A stretch of DNA of 64,000 bases, taken from Eledone cirrhosa (taxonomy: Eukaryota). Both the position numbers and the translations under genes were made by a program. The DNA lies in assembly GCA_964016885.1 (NCBI GenBank), contig OZ024753.1:37696001-37760000 (forward strand), in the 5' to 3' direction. Shown here piece by piece: positions 22,663 through 37,900 of the stretch (positions within the stretch are counted from its first letter, which is position 1; the number at the start of each line of letters is the position of its first letter). The notes beneath the pieces were generated by a model that was not told the DNA's origin, did not search any database, and saw nothing but the letters and a program-made list of their open reading frames with translations.

Positions 22663-23211
22663 TCTCAAAGCTGGCTGAGGAGATTTATCTTGAAAAAAAA
22701 AATAATTTCTTTTTTCCTTTATTCCTTACACACGCACAAAAAAATAAAACAAATAAGAAATAAATATTTCAATTAATTCTTTTTTTAGAAACAAAAAAAA
22801 AACATTTTTTCTTTTGTTCAAGTCATTTCAGTTTTCCTAATTTAAAAAAAAAAACTATGTATTTATATGTTTTAAAAAAAATGTAATGAAAGCAAATCAA
22901 AACCTTCTTCCCCCAAAATTATGTGGTCAATTTCTTCCACGTATTTTTATTTTATTAATTTTTTTGTCAATAATAACAAGTCTGAGCCATCATTATCCTT
23001 CCATAGTGCAGCAGTGAATACCAAAGTATCTTTTTGTTTATTTAATTCAAGAGATATTCAGAATATTTAGAGGCCAGAGGAGAGAGGGTCGTTTTGTTTC
23101 TTATATCTATATATTTTATAAATATGTTGTTTTGAAATCAAAGAATTATAGAATCATTCTCTCAAGATGGTCCCTGAACCTAATTTAGTAAAAAATACAT
23201 ATATGAACGTT

Positions 23212-23420
23212 TTAAACTGTACTAACATGTCAACAAACACAAACATACATGCTAACAAGCTGTACTAATATGTTAACAAACTGAACTAACATGTTAATAA
23301 CCATATGTACTAACATGTTAATAAACACATGTACTAGTATGTTAACATATTATTACATGTTAATATACTAATATGTAAACAAGACATACTAACATGTTAG
23401 GGAAATGTACTAACATAACA
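23212..23420. repeat. Degenerate ~22-bp tandem repeat 'tgtactaacatgttaa' (also ~50850-51058)
   Basis: About eight imperfect units seen directly. Confidence 0.75.
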
Positions 23421-23469
23421 AAATCACTAGAACCAATAAGTAAAATAACAGATCCTACAACAACGACAC

Positions 23470-23540
<71 letters not shown>

Positions 23541-24812
23541 TATATATAATTTATTATTTACGACACTTTTTCTATATATATATATATATATATATACACA
23601 CTATATATATATAGAGAGAGAGAAAAACTGTTGTAAATAATAAATTTACAAAACAGTTCATTTCTCCATGCTGATCCCAGTGGGTTGTTGTCTGTGGAAC
23701 ATATTTTATGGAGAGGGCCAGTCTCTGTCAGGTTTAAGTGCCAAAGACATGTTGTGTGTTATGACATGCAATTAAACTGCTGGACTCACTGCTGTCCTTA
23801 AAATCACCACAGTTTTTTTTATGGGGGAATTGTATACTTGAGTTAAAAAGCATTATTGATTACTGAATTAGGAAATAACATTAATAAAATCAATAATAAA
23901 AAGATCCACTTTGATAACTGTTGGTCAATCAATGAAAAACATTGATTGCCAGCTGAATAAATATAAAAAATATATATATATATATATATACTGAAGTGAA
24001 AACCAATCCAAACCAAACAGTGAGTGTGTTTTACTATATTTTTCTGGCAATATTATAACATGACCTTTCCAACACATGATTTCATATCAAAAACCTTGCA
24101 AATACATTGCCATCAAAGGAAAGTAGCCTATCATCATATTAGATGAAATAAATAAATATTTCCATTGATCTTTTCATTGCTGATACTATCTACTGGTTAT
24201 AACTCATGGCAGAAGAAGTAATATAAAAGAAGGTATTTAGCACAAAAACACAACACGCCATCTGGTCCAGGAATCAAACACAACCTTATGACTGTGAGTC
24301 TAACAGCCTAACCACTACGTCACATGCCTTCATAATAGAATATGACACAAAAATGATGTCCGGCAGAGAATGGATATGTTCTATAAATACAGACCTAGCC
24401 AACCTACACCATCTAGGAAACAACGAAGAAACAATTGTATATAGATCCTTCTAATACAAAAAAAAAATAACAGAAACAGATTTCTCAGGAAATGTTTAAT
24501 TATTTGTATGTACAGACCCATATCTCCTGATGGGAGTCATTAGGGCATCACAGTAATATACAGCATGTCTTGGGCAAGTTAAATCTGATGGAGCTCATCC
24601 CCTCTCCAGGTCTGAACACAGTCGATTTCCTCCAGAGAAGAAATGAAAAAGAAACATAGAAGAATCGACCCCAATACTGGACTGGTACTTTTTTTATCAA
24701 CCTCGAAAGGATGAAAGGCAAAGTTGACCTTGGTGTGAGAGATGGAAGGAATGCTGCAATGTATTCTATACAACATTCTAACAACTCTGCTAATTTACCA
24801 CATTTTTAAAGA

Positions 24813-24913
24813 TGTTTACAGCACCAGGTTCTCTAAGTAATCACCCTTCTGAGTTCTATCTAGGTTCAAAACTGCTTAACTTCTCTGATCAGATGGGAAT
24901 CAGTGTATTCAAC
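24813..24913 (-). pseudogene. Degenerate 5S rRNA pseudogene or 5S-derived fragment (also 52427-52527)
   Basis: Minus strand 'gttgaatacac...tctgatcagagaagttaagcag...gggtga...ggtgctgta' aligns to 5S rRNA including the box A region; many substitutions. Confidence 0.7.
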
Positions 24914-27597
24914 AAGTGTTCCAGTTTGTTTGATTAATGGTACAACCAGCTCATGAGATTAATGTGCAAGTGGCTGAGTATTCCACAGACATATGTACCC
25001 TTAATGTAATTAACAAAAAGATTCAGCATATTTTGTGACAATATAGGCCACTTTGAACTTTGGATACAACTTATATTTGCCAACAGAGCAAAGTGGAGCA
25101 ACATGAAATAAAATATTTTACTCAAGGACACACAGCTTCCAGGAATCAAACAAGCAGCCATACAATTGTAAGCCAAACAACATAACCACTAAGTCACATA
25201 TCTTCACATGATGACAAAAGAAAAGTCAAAATAGAAATTGGTACCTTATCTTTTTTTTTTTTAATCAACTTTGGTCATACAAAATTCCTCAAAGAACTAC
25301 AAATCGAGAAGTGTAATCCTTTGATAAAATAATCCAAGCCCTCTACATATTCTGAAATATCACTTGAAATAATCAAAATAAAAAATTAATTTAATAGAAA
25401 ATATTTGATCACAATTTCACTTCCCAGTTTGTTCCTTCTAAACTGACTGACGGTCCAGTACCTTTGTTATATAAATTACAGCTTTCTTTTCAAAAACACA
25501 AGCTGCCTTTTGTCACCGTTTGTTTTAGTTGCTTTTACACAGAGATTAAAAAGATTGAAAATTAGTTCAAGGATGATAGTAATACTGTCAAATATGAACA
25601 TAATGAGTTGGTGAAATGAAATTGTTTTGTTAAAAAATAATTTAAGTCATAATTAACATCCTGTGTCAGTAACAAGGTTATAGACAGTGTAACAACAATT
25701 TTGATACCAAGAAATATATGATAAATATAAAGTAAAGTTAACAGGTTCTGTCTGTTTTAAATGGCTAAAATGGCTCTTCCATGCAGTTATTGTTTTAGTT
25801 TCAACACACGGTCTCAGATCAAGTCACTTGCCAAACAAGACTCCAAAATCTTGTAATGATTTAGCAGAAAATATCTAAAAGCAGGTTTGTCAATTCAGAT
25901 ATTTATAGTGTCTTAACTAGTGAATAGATCGTGAACATTTGCAGAATTAGAGTAAAAGGGCTTTAGATTTTAATGTGATGTAGTCAGTGCTGGTTTGTAC
26001 TTTTTAAGAATGTTTTGTTAATGCAGTATCATGTGATACAGGACATTGAAAAAAAATGAAATTTACATCTCACGCCTATGCAAATTTAACTGGCCTCCTA
26101 TGTTGTGTCTTCCTCAAAACACAATGTGATCCAAAACAGGTTCTATGTCCTGCAGATATAAAATACTTGACTCCAGTACTGGACTGGTACATTTTTTATT
26201 GACCCGGAAAGAATGACAGGCAAAGTTGATCTTGTGATTTGAACTCAGAATGCAGAGAACCAGAACAAATACCACAAAATATTGACATTTTAATGGCTCT
26301 GCCAATTTACTATTTCTTGTATAAATATTAATGTTTAAATAAATTCTTATTATAACAATAAAGTTTCTTTTATCATAAATTATAGAAGTAACGTCTCCAT
26401 TATTCTTATTATTCTTATTATTGTTGTTGTTAATAGTTTCTAATTTAGACACAAGGCCAGAAATTTTGGAAGGAGAAAAAGACAATTATCTCAACCCCAG
26501 TATTCGACTAGTACCTTATTTTATCAACACCAAAAGAACGAAAGGTAAAGTTAACCTCAGCATTATTTGAACAACTTTGCCTTTCATCCTTCCAGAGGTT
26601 GATAAAATACCAGCCGAGTACTGGTGACCAATTCAATAAACTAGTCCCTCTCCCAGCCAAAATTCATGGACTTGTGCCTCAATTAGAAACCATTCACAGC
26701 TCTGTTCACCTTGGGTATGTGCAATGTCGGTTTTAGTGTTGTTTCTATTGTATTGAGAATACTTTTTGTCATGTGTGTGCAGTGTCCAGAAGTGCTATTT
26801 ATCAGGGTGACCGTGGTTTTTGTGGGTTTTCTCCGTGAGTAACCCTCAGTGGTCTGCCTTCTCCTCCCTCAATTGGGGAATTTGTTTTTGTTTCTATTTT
26901 GTTGTTATGGGTTTCCTTTTATACACGCAGAAACCCATATGTGTAGTCCTTAATATTTTCCTTTATGTAAACCCTTGTGGGTAATAAAGAAATCATTATT
27001 ATTATTGTTACTACTACAACAACTACTACTATATATAAATAAATACAGTCAAGCCAAACTTAAATAGATTTTCTAGTTATAAAAAAACTAACTTTAGATA
27101 TTCAAAGAAAAAATTCCCTAATCAGTTCAATAATAGACATTTCATTGATTTTGATGTGAGGGAAGATGTAGAGTGGATAAATTGTTATTAAACATGAAAA
27201 AGATTAAGAAATAACTTATATTTACATGAGCTCCATTTAAACAAATTATTCTCCCCCCAAAATTGGTGCCATGAAAATATGGCTTCATTAGACTTCAGAG
27301 ATTGAGAAAGCAGAGTAGTTGACTGCACTTCCTCTCTCAAAATTTCTTGTCAGACACTCTGCCAATCATACACTGCTGCTGTAAAGTTGACTATATATGT
27401 ATGTGTGTATATGTGTGTGTATGTGAATGTATATGTGTGTTAATGAGAAATGTGTATTTCCAACATTGGATTTCTATATTTTATTTTCACCAGTACTAAT
27501 CTTCCTGACATATGACATATGACATATGTGTGTGTGTGTGTGTGTGCATGCATATATAAATATCATCTTCGCCGTTTTATATATCTATATATAATTG

Positions 27598-27785
27598 TTT
27601 CTACTTTTGGCACAAGGCCAGCAATTATACCAGTGCATTACTGGTACTTTATTTTATCAACCCCGTAAGGATGAAAGGCAAAGTTAACCTCGGCGGGATT
27701 TGAACTCAAACCGTAAAGGGCCGTAACTCTATGTCACAAAGCATGGTGTCCGACCCTCTACCGATACTGCCAATCCAACACCTAT
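27598..27785 (-). mobile_element. Relatively intact tRNA-derived SINE (also 55205-55393; related copies ~20040-20215, 21545-21820, 24660-24800)
   Basis: B-box-like GAGTTCAAATCC on the minus strand followed by the family core GAGGTTAACTTTGCCTTTCATCC. Confidence 0.75.
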
Positions 27786-28596
27786 TATATATATAATAGA
27801 AGGGAGAATGGCTTAAAACATTTGTTGAATATATCTATATATATTGTATTTGTGCATGTGTCTGTGTGTGTCTACGTTTGTGCCTGTGTTACACATTTTC
27901 TTTAACCCTTTCTAATAAAATACACTAGCTGGCCCTCTTACCAGGACATATCTCTCAATAAATATTTCAATTAATTGATTAATGAAGAACAAAAAAATAT
28001 TATTTCATTATTAAGATGTCTGTAACATAACTAAAGAAAAGTTTCTTAAATCAAATTTTGCTGGAAGATTTTAATTTAAATAGAAACCATTTAACCTTTT
28101 AGTATTTAAACCGACTATATCCAGCCAGAATTCTCTCACTACTTTCTGTTTAAACCAGCTGTAACTGGCCACTCATACTGACATTAAGATATTGTTCTTA
28201 AATAAATAAGATAAAAATCTCATAGATTCAATATTATGTAAGATAAAGCTTTTACCACAGAAATACAATAGTATATATAGAGTAATGTAAATGCTAAAGG
28301 GTTAAGAGAGGTTTCTTTTTTTGTTTGTTTCTTTTGCTTTGTAGAACCAGAGGCTTTGCTTTGTAGAACCAGAGGCAGTTTCTGGGCAGGTTGGTATCAA
28401 AAGAGTTAGTAATGGAAATTTATACAGCTAGCAACTTTTAGTTTTTTAAGGAAGAAATTCAGTTTTGCACATAATAAAAAGGGGTTTTTAGCTTTTCATG
28501 GAATGAAATAAAAAATAGATATTCTGTTGGAACATAATAACAAAGAAAACAAAACTTATGTTATGAAAGAAAAACAACATGTAAAAACATTTAGTT

Positions 28597-28597
28597 T

Positions 28598-28644
<47 letters not shown>

Positions 28645-28995
28645 ACATAAACACATGTATGCAGACATGCACATGCACCATCTATAAACACACATACACA
28701 CACTATATATACATATATATACACACATAAATGTTACATATACATGAATATATATACACATGTACATACATATATATACACATATACATACATATATATA
28801 TACACATACATACATACATACATACACACATATACATACATACATATACACACAAATACATACATATATATACACATATACATACATATATACATATATA
28901 TCATCATCATCATCGTTTAACGTCTATCTTCCACGCTAGCATGGGATTTTTATATATATATATACATATATACATATATACCTATATATATATAT
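28597..28995. repeat. (TA)n/(TACA)n compound microsatellite (also 56205-56720)
   Basis: Direct inspection; length differs between units. Confidence 0.9.
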
Positions 28996-29743
28996 GAATG
29001 AATAGCCAGTCATACGTGTATGTATAAATGAAGACATTGAGATGATCTACCCTTCAGAGAAGAAATTAAAATTGAAAAATAAAAGGTTTTAATACAGTGT
29101 AGTAATAATAATAATAATTATAATAATAATAAAAGATTGTTGAAATCTAATCCTCACCAAAATAAATGAAAAAGAATCCCCAAAATTGTCAGATTAGGGT
29201 GAGGCTTAAATCAATGTTTCTTTGCAACAGAAGTTTACTGGGTTTAAATCAAGAAAATAAAAGGTTCTAATAAGATAAGGGAATGGGAAATAATTATAGA
29301 TTCTAATTCAGGCAGAAGACCAGCAATTTAGGAGGGGGGAGAAGTCGATTAAATCAACCCCAGTACATTACTGGTAGTTTATTTTATCAAGTCCCGGAAA
29401 AGATGAAAAGCAAAGTTAACCTCGGCCAGATTTGAACTCCGAATGTAAAGAGCTATAACTAAATGCCACAAACATTTTGTCTGATGCTCTAACGATTCTG
29501 CCAACCCACCACCCTAATAATAATAATAACAATATTTCTAACATCAGAACAAAACAAAAAATTTTAGTCGATTAGATTGATCCCAATATGTGACTGGTAC
29601 TTTATACTTTATACTTTTATCATCCCCCTGACAGAGAGAGAGGTGGGGGAGACAAAAGGCAAAGTTAACCTGATGTGGTGGTGGTGGTGGTTGGAGTTTA
29701 GCTCAGAATGTAAAAGGATTTAACTAAAACAACAAGGCATATA

Positions 29744-29774
<31 letters not shown>

Positions 29775-29778
<4 letters not shown>

Positions 29779-32570
29779 CTAAACTTAGAAAATTGAAAAA
29801 AAAGTACAGTATAAGATCAACATGTGACATAGACATGCTGATAGAAACAATCAAGCAAAAAGTGTCGGCCAAAGCTGCTCGTATAAGGCGCTTTGAAAAA
29901 CGATCTAGATTCTATAAGGACAATAATATGTTCAAAAACAACCAAAGAAACTTCTACAGAAAAATTGGTAAGTCAACAATAACTGCTAAATCAATACCAC
30001 CCAAGGAGGAAGTGCAAGAATTCTGGGAAAAGATCTGGGCCGAAGAAAAAGTTCATAACATACATGCCCCATGGATAGACAGACAAATGAAAGAAACAGC
30101 TCACCTTGAAGAAGAAACAGCTCACCTTGAAGAACAAACATGGGAAAATATAACAGTTGAACAGCTGCGCTTGGCTCTAAGAAAAACCAGCAAATGGAAA
30201 TCCCCAGGAAAAGACAAAATACAAAACTTTTGGATAAATGCCTTCACAGAGTCTCATGAGCTGTTAGCCCAACTTTACAATGAAATAGTTAAGGAGCCAG
30301 AAAAGATACCATCATGGCTAGTTAACGGCATTACATTCCTGCTACCGAAGAATGATGAGACAAACAATCACAAAAATTACAGACCGATAACCTGCTTGAC
30401 CACAATGTATAAAATTTTAACATCAGTCCTAACTGAATTCACATATGACCACCTGATAACAAATGACCTATTTCCCATTGAGCAGAAAGGGTGTAAACGA
30501 GGCTCATATGGCTGTAAGGATCAGCTTCTGATTAACAAAATGATACTGGAAGATTGTCATAATAGACACAAAAATCTATCGATTGCTTGGATAGATTATA
30601 AAAAAGCATTTGATAGTTTGCCACACAGTTGGATTGAAAAATGTTTAGAGATTTTCAAAATATCCCCCGTTGTCAGGAGGTTTTTGTCATTCAGTATGAG
30701 GACATGGAGAACGACACTCCTTTTGAATAGTGAAACAAAATCACTGGAAGCTGGAGAAGTTAACATTAATTGTGGAATTTTTCAGGGCGACTCTTTATCA
30801 CCGCTTTTATTCTGCATCGCACTTATACCATTAAGTAAAATGCTCAATGAAACAAAACATGGATATAGAGTCTATGACAAAACCATTAATCACCTGTTCT
30901 ACATGGATGACCTGAAACTATTTGCAAAAAATGATGAACAATTGCAAGGGCTATTATCCACTGTGAAGCAGTTCAGTGATGACATTAAAATGGAGTTTGG
31001 ACTGGATAAATGCGCCAAAGCAACGTTCACCAGAGGAAAGCTGCTGAAGAGTTCAGACATTAATCTTGATCGGGGGAACGTGATAAGAGAGTTTGATCAA
31101 GAACAAACTTACAAATATCTAGGTGTTTGTGAAGGAGACGGAATCAAGCACTCGACAATGAGGGAAAGGATAAGGAAGGAATGTTACCGCAGAGTCAGAG
31201 CAATCTTAAGAACGGAATTGAATGCAAGGAATAGGATCGATGCCATAAACACGCTTGCCATACCAGTAGTAACCTACAGTTACAATGTCATCAACTGGTC
31301 AAGCACAGAGATCCGTAGGCTCGATACAAAAATCCGAAAATTCTTAACCATGCACAGAATGCATCACCCTAAGGCAGACATAGATAGAATATATCTCCCT
31401 AGGAAAGAAGGAGGACGTGGGTTAATCCAGTTAGACATTGCGTTGAAAACTGCAACAATTGGATTATCCACATATCTAAGGGAATCACATGATTGGATGA
31501 TCAAACTCGTTTTGAAACACGAAAGCACCAAAAGATCATATTCCATTACAAAAGATGCACAAAGATACAGTAATGGACTACAAATTTCAGAAGTCCCATT
31601 TACTGCTGAAATGGAAAACACAGAAAAAGCAAAGCAGGTAAAAGTAACTGCAAAGAAAGAACTGCTACAGAAACTGGCTAAGAAATGGCAAGAAAAGCCT
31701 CTGTATGGAAAATACCCAGAGCGAGCTAACAATCCTGATGTTGACAAAACTTTAACCCATCAGTGGTTGGCATCCTCTGGACTGAAATCGGAGACTGAAG
31801 GACTGATTATATCCGCACAAGATCAGTGTCTGCCAACAAAAAATTACCAAGCCAACATAATAAAAAATGGGTGCAGCCCATTATGCCGTGTATGCAAAAA
31901 ACAACCAGAGACCATTGACCATATAATTTCAATGTGCAGTCCTATAGCTCCAACCGAATACCTAAACAGGCATGACAGAGCTGCACAATACATACATTGA
32001 CCTGCCCCATCAAAAGAATTGGTGGGAGCATCAACCACCTCCCATACTTGAAAAAGATCACATCTCAATCTTGTGGAACTTTAGCATCCAAACAGACCGA
32101 AAAATAGATGCAAATAGACCTGATATAATATTGAAGGACTTTCAAAGGAGGGTATGCCTGCTAATTGATATGTCTGTTCCAATAGACAAGAATGTATCTA
32201 TAAAAACATTTGAAAAATTGAGCAAGTATAAGGACCTGGAGATAGAAATTGGAAAAATGTGGAAATTGAGAACTAAAACAATACCAGTGGTTGTAGGCGC
32301 TCTGGGAATGATACCTAAGGGGTCTAACGACTACTTATCGCAAATCCCAGGAAACCCGCGTATAGGAGAAATACAAAAGATAGTACTAATGGGAACTGCC
32401 CATATACTAAGGAAGATCCTGTCAATATAAGTACATCACAAGTCTAAACACTAAGGATGCATGTGTGAATATGTGTGTTCTTTCTTGAACATGGCGGACC
32501 TTGTTGTCTCTTGAGGTCACTGGTTGTGACTTGGTGATAACTCGTATAAACATAAAGTAAGATAAATGCA
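29775..32570 (+). mobile_element. Second copy of the R4/Dong-type LINE (same truncation and frameshift; extra 21-bp in-frame duplication)
   Basis: Near-identical to 2178-4952 with identical flanks; ORFs 29793-32000 and 31972-32430; ETAHLEE duplicated. Confidence 0.93.
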
Positions 32571-33122
32571 AATAATAATAATAATAATAATGATGATAAT
32601 AATAATAATTTCTAATTCAGGCACAAGGCCAACAATTTGTGGGGAGGAAAAAAAATTGATTAAATCGACCCCAGTTCTTAGCTGGTACTTTATTTTTTCG
32701 ACCCGCGGAAGGATGAAAGGCAAAGTGGACCATGACAGGATTTGAGCTCTTAGAGCAGAGATGCTGCTTATTCGCAACCCTCAATAATTTAAATAAAAAT
32801 AAAAGAACAGAGCATGATGATAGTAAAGTATTATGATTTTGTGAGACTGGTTTGAGTTCTTGTCACCATCTCCATTTTCAACCCCAGGTCAGTCCACCCT
32901 TTGTTACCATAAATATTTATAAAACCAGTTTGTCAAGTCTTTTTTTTTTTTAATTATCATAATTATTATTATTATTAGTAATAGTAGTAGTAGTAGTAAT
33001 AATTTGTAGTGGTAGTATTGTGATTGTGTCTGTTGTTATTGTTGTTGTTGTTGTAGTTGTTAATAGTAGTGGTAAACAATGAAGTAGAATCTATGAAAAA
33101 TAAATCTAGACAGAAGAATCCA

Positions 33123-34959
33123 TCAGTCAATTTTGATCGCTGCATAAATTCGTCGAATAAAAAAGTATGCTGCATAGAAACCAATGGTGCCAGTCAAGAT
33201 CCAGAATGTGAAAGACATGAGCAGTGTGTAGCCAAAATACAGGAGAGTCGGGATGAATTCTGTGATTTCAAGCTGAAACAGAGAATACAAAAGATAATAT
33301 CTTATATGTAATGAATGGGGAACTGTCAGACTGTGTCCAATTTATTATTTTACATCACGTTATTAAAATAAGTTGGATTACTTTGAATAAATCATGAATG
33401 AATATTATGTAATTTATTTACTAAATTTCTTAGCTCTTGATTAAACATAAATAATCTTATATATAATGTATTGCTTATTTCAATATTCGCGTCTGTTAAA
33501 ACTTCCAAATGTCAACTTCCGTTACTGTTATGCTTATATATAACATTATACATATGCGTTTCTGTTTCCATCATTAAGAGCAGTTCTTCTGCTAGTACAA
33601 ATAATGGACATTATTCATGCATTCTGAAATATACAAGTGTTTTAAACCTTTTGATACTAGCCCACCTAAAATTGACCCTGATTCTATAATGTGAAGCTGT
33701 TTTGTTTTAGCGTGTTTATATTTATCCACAAAAGTGTTTAAATGTATCTAAAAGCACCCATCATAATTTTATGTGAGAAACTTCATTAAGTTATATTGTA
33801 AAAATCAGCTTAATAATACATAAGTTATATTACTAAATCACTTCAAATTCTTGGTTATTTTTTAACGCCCTAATGATCCTGCCAATTTGTGTCACCTTAC
33901 AACACAGGTATATGATTAATACAAGAAATTCTTCTTACCTTTGTAACAAAATAGAAGATAGAATATGCAAACATGTACACAGCAGAACCACCAGACACTA
34001 TAAATGCATGCCACCACCAATGATAATCCTGAAAATAAATAGATAAATGAATAAATATATCTGCTATCATCATCATTTAGTATTAATATCATCATCATCA
34101 TAATCAGATATTATTAAGATAGCAAACATGTGTCCATTTTAAAATGTTTATTATTATAATAAATCCTTCCATCAGTTTTATTTAAGAACATTTTGTTAAG
34201 TAATATTCTAAATAACAGCTTACTAATGAAAGAATTAGTTTTTTATTAAATCCCTTTAATTTTTGGCTTATCTTCAAAATTAACTGAAAGACATAGGCAA
34301 TGTACTTCATTAGGAAAACAGTTAGAGAAGGGTTAAAGGGTTTAATGACTTACCTCACCACATAATTGGAAATATATCATCACAATGGAAATTTGAGATA
34401 CTGAAATGACTAAAATGATGAACACCAAGAACAAAAATCCAAACAAATAATAGAACTGATTCTCCCAGATTGCCTACAAATAAATAAGAAAGGAAAAGAT
34501 TAATATTTCTAACAGATTAGTTAGGTTTAAACTGTTGAATCTGCAAACTGTCTTTACTGTGTTGTTTATTATATTCTGATGATGTTTGTAGATACATTGA
34601 TATGTCTGTTTGTATATGTATATGTCTGTTTGTATAGGCAGACAGATAGATAGGTACAGGTAGATAAATAGGTAGGTAGGTAGGTATAGGTACATAGACA
34701 CTTTTGTCCCAGCGGTATCATAAACTTAGACAACTTTAGCTCAGTAGTATCAACATTGCTTAATATGATTTCCAATAAAAGTAAGAAAAATGAACTTATT
34801 GCTAAATTATGATAAATATTTGAAAGAGAATTCAGTAGAGTGTAAACTATATTTAGGAGTCTATAGATCCCTACAGTATTGAGAGGATTAAAGAGTTAAT
34901 AGTGTGTGTTATACTTACAGTGAAAATGAAAAATAACTCAATGAATACAGCTCCAAATG
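33123..34959 (-). pseudogene. TM9SF4: Duplicated TM9SF4 3' exons (33123-33272, 33939-34028, 34354-34473, truncated 34919-34959)
   Basis: As for 5505-7337. Confidence 0.9.
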
Positions 34960-37900
34960 CTACAAAATGTTCTTAAATAAAACTATGATGGAAGAATTTA
35001 TTATATTGATAAACATTTTAAAATGGACAGTTTTGTTTAAGAAATGAAGAGCAATTTCGGGCAGTTTAGTATCAAAAGATAGTAACTTAACATATAGTTC
35101 TTCTTCTTCGCCCACATATTCCTGAGAGGGCCGTGAGGACAGAGTCGTCAAACACTCCTTCCAGTGGGTCCTGTCAGACGCAACAGATCCGGCTGGATCC
35201 CCAAGCAAGACTAGCCAAGCTCATGGATGTTATCCAACCATCTGGCTCGGGATCTACCCCAAGGTCTCCTACCAGTTGGTTTTGCCCGTAAAATCTGTCG
35301 AAAATCAGCGATTCTTTCCTGAGACATTCTAACCACATGCCCATAGTATCAGAGCTGTGATCTCTCAATTTGTGAGGAGATGGACTCTGCCAGGTTTAAA
35401 AGCTGTCCTAGAAATGTTGTCTGTCAAAAGGGGTGCCATAGTAAGAATTTATTTAAATATTTATACAAGAAATAGATTTCTTAGTTAGCAAATTGGGCCG
35501 AGGTACTAAAATATCAGATAGAGTATTTTGTGGTATTTGTTCTGGTTCTCTGAGTTCAAATCACAACAAGGTCAACTTTGCCTTTCATCCTTTCGAGGTC
35601 AATAAAAAAGCACTAGTCCAGTACTGGGGTTAATTCTTCCCCTCTATATCTCTTTCTCTTTCTTTGGAAGAAATCAACTGTGTTTAAACCTGGGAAAGAA
35701 TTGGTTCCACCAGGCTTATTTGCCCAAGACATGCCATATATCACTACAGTGCCACTATGATTAAATCAGGAGTTTTCTAATAACACGAATAATATATAAA
35801 AATTCTAAAAATATGTATCATAGAAAAATCAAGGGGGAAAAATATTAAATATCTATTAATGTTAGTCTGTTCTTAAGACGCAAGTGTAGACATATTCCTG
35901 TTTATAATAATATTGTTATGAATCTACTTTAGAATAGTGATACACCCCTCCCACTGCAAAGTGGATGTGTAGGCGCCACGGAAAAAAAGCTCCCAGCACT
36001 CACTGTAAATGAGGTTGGTGTTGGGAAGGGCATCCAGCTGTAGAAATTAGAGCAGCAACATTCGAAAGTAGGCTGAAAGGTTAATAACTAACTGTAAAGG
36101 AGTGAAGGTGGAGCTGTGAAATCATGCCTGCATTAATTTCAACTTTTTTTTTTATTAATAACTGCATTGTTTCTTTCCAGGAAATATGTTGAAAAATGAA
36201 GCTCAATTGGTCATTCCATGAGAGTGCCTTGGTCATCCTATGAACTTTTGAAAGAAAACTAAAATATTTCACTCGCCAGTTTTCTGTAACCAAAATAGTA
36301 TCCCAAGAAAACCAATGGAAGTGAGATACCAAACCACATACATAACAGTGCAACCATTGTGCTGAATGGAACCTGTAGGGAATAAAGAATTGTTAAATGA
36401 ATTTAAAGTGACATAATGATGATGACTAGTGATTTGAGGGAGATTTGGTTGTTGTTTCTAGCAGTTTGAGAAACCACATAGAGGCTCCCTCATTAGCTCA
36501 GTAGAGACTATTCACTAAGTTCCTATTTCATGATGATGATGATAATAATAAAATGAAGCTATATCTGTGTCTGTTAGACATCTGTCAATTCTGATAAGTG
36601 TTCCAGTGGTTTGATCAATAGTATGATCTTGGTACTAACATTTTCTTTCATCTGTGTACTGGGATATCTATTCTATAAACTTCTCTCTTCTACATACTGT
36701 AATTTTTAATGGTCTTGTTCAGGAACTGGTGTCATCGCAACAGAATCAGAGATGGATTAAACTTGCATGTGGCTGGAATTTATATTAGAACCCTTGGATA
36801 TTATCTATGGAAATAAACAATTAATTTAGGTCCCTAGCAGTACCTTAGTCCACCACTGAGCAAAACTAAAGGGTTTTTCTTCCTTTCCCTTCATCTACTT
36901 ACCTTTTTGTTTTTTATTTTCTTTCTGGATAGCAAAGGCCTGAATTTCAACTTTCCATCTATTGAATATCCCAATGTATGATTAAGAAGTTCTCTTCGTA
37001 GTCATGTTGTTCCAGGTTAGATCATCATCATCATCATCACCGTTTTACGTCCGTTCTTCCACGCTAGCATAGGTTAGACGGGTTGTCCTGTTGTGTGCAG
37101 TGTCTGGTCGGCTGACCATGCCTTGCTCATACAGGAACTGATCTGGCTTGATTTCTACAGCTGGATGCCCTTCCTAACACCAACCTCATTTACAGTGAGT
37201 GCTGGGTGCTTTTTCGTGGCGCCTACACGTCCACTTTACAGTGTGGGCTGGGTGCTTTTTTGCCGTGGCACCTCCACGACCACCTAGATCTCTCCTGCAA
37301 TTGGCGTTGCCCCAAATGCAGGACAGATCTAACCTGTCGTTCACTGTAGTTTTTGGTCTGTGCTTGTGAATGGTATTGGGTAGGCAGGACCTGTTCAAGA
37401 GTCAGTTCTATATATGAAGTCGGGTCCATGTTTGAGGTTACACTGGTCTAACGGTGCTGTCTTTATGTTGTGTCCTGTAGTGGTTCGACAAATAGAGATT
37501 AATAAATTCAGTATTAAATTCGTTATAATTTTATACATATACATAACAGTTATAATTTTATACATATACATAACAGGAGGTGAGTGTGTATGTGTACTGT
37601 TAAGTATTTTGAAAGATTTATTTCCCTTAGACAGCTATTCTACCACATTTAACACACTGTCTCTTATGCATTAAGGGGAATAACTGTTTTGAAAACCCCC
37701 TCAACACATAAAAACACACGTTATCTCTCTTAGATCCAGACACTTTATGCATGTGTGTGAGTGAGAATAACAGAATGCATTTGTGTTTATGCGTGTGAGA
37801 AACATAGAAAAGTGTAAGAGACATAGAGTGTGAGAGAGAAAGGGTCAGTGAGAATGTGTGTGTTTGGTAGAGAGTGCGTGATAAATACAATGTGTATGTA

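Larger units (their letters stand above)
7338..34959. repeat. Tandem segmental duplication unit 1 (~27.6 kb)
   Basis: ORFs recur at an offset of ~27.6 kb (17563 vs 45201; 5357 vs 32975). The junction 'ccaaatg|ctacaaaatg' occurs at 7337/7338 and 34959/34960. Confidence 0.97.

Noticed and set aside
28527-28997. YI/HT-rich ORFs (also 56204-56723)
   Set aside because: (TA)n/(TACA)n microsatellite translations.
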